From: Dicyema japonicum
Taxonomy: Eukaryota; Animalia; Dicyemida
Assembly (NCBI GenBank): GCA_011109175.1
Contig: RDEW01000002.1
Span: 1,244,676-1,308,675, forward strand
Direction: 5' to 3'
DNA: 64,000 nucleotides
Numbering within the stretch: the first letter of the stretch is position 1; each line of letters starts with the position of its first letter. Below are positions 61,022-64,000 of the stretch, in pieces. Both the position numbers and the translations under genes were made by a program. A model generated the notes under the pieces. It did not search any database and was not told the origin of the DNA. It saw only the letters and a program-made list of their open reading frames with translations.

Positions 61022-63909
61022 AGTACTGATCGTTGTTGTTGTCGTTGTTGTCGTCGTTAATATATACAGTTCTCTCTCCTATTATCTATTCATGTCTGTT
61101 TTTATGATGTACTACACGAAGACACCTCATGCAAAGGGTGCAGAGTATCCAATTCTCGCAAGTGCGGGATTCGATGTTCTGTATGTGTTGGTTACTACCA
61201 CATAGGTTGTGAAAAACTATCCAAGAAAATTGCTCGATCACTTCCCTCGTGGTCGTGCCGGTCGTGCCGTCTGGAACTCACTAAAATTGAACTTCATGAT
61301 CATTTTGTGTCATCATCTTTATCAGATCTTCTGGAAGCCATGTCTCCGGAGGATTTTCTGGTTTTATTATCAAACACGCGACAAAGAAAAATTATCCCTG
61401 TCAGGATCCCCAAGGCTTCCCGGATCTCAATTGCTTCTGCCCTTTCTTCTTGCATTGAGAAAGCTGTGTCCAATGGCTCGAAAAAGGATTGGATGGTTCT
61501 TTTCTCTTTCCCTGTCCTGGCTATGGGGTTAGAGCGTAAGCCTGCCCCATCTTCTCGGAAACCCTCTCTATCCCATGTCCTGAAGAAGCGCGTGAGTGCC
61601 TTTATGGATTCATGGGAGTCCCTGGCTGAAGAATTATTTGTTTCACCAGTTGATTACTTCCCAAAGTCCAATTCCACACAATCCAGTATGGCTCCTGAGA
61701 GGCTTCGCTCTCGTGTCAGGAGGAAATTGATGGAGGGCGATCTTACTGCCGCAGTTCTAACTGTTTGTACGGATTCTGACCCGGTGAAAGCCACTCAGGA
61801 GACACTCTGTATATTGGGACAGAAACATCCTCCAGAACCAGAAGACTTTTGTAAACCTGTTCGTCCAGAACAATCTATGCATGATATTTCCACTTCAGCC
61901 ATTTACAACGCTCTTTGTTCTTTCCGAAGAAGTAGCAGTGGAGGAGTTGACGGTCTCAAACCTGGCCATCTGTCAGACTTGGTGTCCCATTCTGTCGGCA
62001 GGCCTGGATCGCTACTCTTGGGGCGAACCCGGGATCTCGTAGCTTGCATGCTTTCCGGAAACGTTTCCGATTTTGGTCGGAATCTCCTCTTTTCGGCGAA
62101 TCTAACGGGCCTTGGAAAGAAAGATGGTGGTATTCGCCCCATTGCAATTGGAAACGTATTTCGACGTTTATCCGCAAAAATGGCTTGTCGTTTTGTTATC
62201 TCCCGAATTTCAGCCGAATTTTGTCCTTCGCAGCTTGGTGTCGGAATCAATGGCGGCTGTGAAGCTGGGATCCACGCAGTGAGAGAATTTGCGTCACAAT
62301 CAGCTGAATTGAATGTTGAGGACAGAGTTTTATTCAAATTGGACCTCCGGAATGCCTTCAATTCAGTCAGAAGGGACACCGTCCTTGATACCTGTAGGAG
62401 GAGGATTCCTCAGATTTATCCCTTTGTATATCTCGCGTATTCGGATCCATCCCCTCTTGTTTTTGGCAGTGGAATTATTTCGTCCGGATCTGGAGTTCAA
62501 CAGGGGGACCCACTCGGTCCTCTTCTATTTTCCTTGTCTATCGACCATATTGCCCAGGACCGTTGCACTCCACTGAACGTCTGGTATCTGGACGATTGTA
62601 TTCTCGGTGGAAGTCCCGATGATATTCTCTCCAAAGTTGCGTCGATCAGAAGTTTGTGTGGAAAAATCGGTCTGGAATTTAACAATGAAAAGTGCGAAGC
62701 AATTAATCTGAATTTGAGTTCCGATTCATTCTACCTTTTTCATAGAAAACTCTGCGAAATCATCCCAGGGGTTAGGGAGACTCATATTGATTCTCTCGAC
62801 TTCCTTGGGTGTGGGAATTTGGTAAACCGGGTGAGGGAGTTATTGGAAGGCAAGGTGTCATGTCGCCTTTTTTATGCTAAAGAATTGTCTTTCTCCCAAA
62901 CTCCTTTTTATTCTACGGGGATCCCCATGCTACGCGAAAAAGACCTTCTATCGTTAATTGATATGGATATTTGGTCAACGATGGGGTCCATTCTTAATGT
63001 TCGTTTTGATGATTTCGGATGGTTACAGGCCTCACTCCCTGTAGCCTGCGGTGGTTTGGGTCTTTCTCTTCCTTCGGACGTTGCTTTGGGCGCCTATTTA
63101 TCTTCGTTCGGCTCGTCAAGGCGTTTAGTGGATACGGTCCTTCACTCTACTTCCGGACAAAACGTACCGCTGACGCCGTCGGGAGCTTGGGATGAATGGA
63201 TGAATTTGTACCTGAATGCTCCGGAAGTAGAGTGAAGAAAATGATGGTAAAAAATATCTTACCATCATTTTCTTCAATATTTCTGTTTATTTCAGTATCG
63301 CTTCGTCTTGGTCTTAAATTGTGTGCCGAAAGGAAATGCCGCTGTGGACGTTGGATCGATCCTTTTGGTTATCATCCTTTGTCATGCAAGATGAGTGCGG
63401 GTCGTTTCCCCAGGCACTCCTGTCTTAACATGACATTAAATAATTCCCTTGCCTCTGCTGGACACCATTGCCTATTAGAACCTGCTGATCTTTCCCGAAA
63501 CGATGGAAAACGCCCTGATGGGATGACGACTTTTCCATTCGCCAACGGACGAAACCTGATCTGGGACGCGACGTGTGTTGATACTTATTCCCCGTATAAT
63601 TTGGTTGTTTCTGCTTCAGACCCAGGACATGCTTCGAAGCAGGCCGAGGAACGAAAGAGGAGGAAGTACCAGAGAATTTCGGAGGAGTATCTTTTTGTTC
63701 CATTCGCGGTGGAAACGTCAGGAATCCTTGGCCCCCAAGCAGATGAGTTGGTTCGTAAGATCGGCTCCATGATTCAAGCTGTGACCACGGATCCGCGAGA
63801 GACTGGTTGGTTCCGAAAACGTATCTTGTTGGCTATTATTAGGGGAAATAGCATGGTCATTCAGATGCCTTAATTTAATTTTTACATTTAAAAGTGTTCT
63901 TTAAAAAAA
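61022..63909 (+). mobile_element. TSD-bounded CRE-clade non-LTR retrotransposon: PHD finger + RT + CCHC/RLE
   Basis: TSD aagttgtaaata at 61010-61021 and 63910-63921; poly(A); IRPIAIG, LDLRNAFNS, QQGDPLGP, WYLDD, C.CG....H...C, RH and KRPDG..WD; PHD in frame from 61121. Confidence 0.92.
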
Positions 63910-64000
63910 AAGTTGTAAATATTCATCAAAATATAAATATGTGGATTCATTAATTTCTGACTTGCAGATTGAGGGTGCGACAAATAACTTTCATTTAATA

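Noticed and set aside
61092-61105. Programmed -1 frameshift linking ATG 61092 to the PHD-RT frame
   Set aside because: Not a proper X XXY YYZ slippery site in frame; a homopolymer deletion fits the pattern seen across the window

Overview
AT-rich eukaryotic (metazoan) genomic DNA. It holds islands of very compact protein-coding genes separated by a nested mass of decayed transposable elements. Manual splicing recovers about 12 host genes: NAGK, Groucho/TLE, an intronless Hox-class homeobox gene, calreticulin-like, KCNQ K+ channel, TMEM50, cornichon, a tentative WAPL-like gene, two unknown genes, BOP1 and a NAK-family kinase. Their roughly 70 introns are all about 18-27 nt and almost all GT-AG. 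A Hox-bearing animal with such tiny introns points to a dicyemid mesozoan (inference, not proven). TEs include RTE LINEs (two full-length with TSDs), many Jockey/I-group LINE fragments, two CRE-clade RLE retrotransposons, two tRNA-derived SINE families, hAT, Tc1 and Ginger-like integrase remnants. Most notable: (1) a TSD-bounded CRE-clade retrotransposon whose RT-RLE frame begins with a canonical C4HC3 PHD finger that the ORF track misses; (2) a probable 2-nt micro-exon between two tiny introns; (3) a conserved 5'-terminal hairpin shared by two divergent RTE families. Scattered 1-2 nt frameshifts in conserved genes, mostly at homopolymers, suggest consensus errors, so single-base anomalies need caution.
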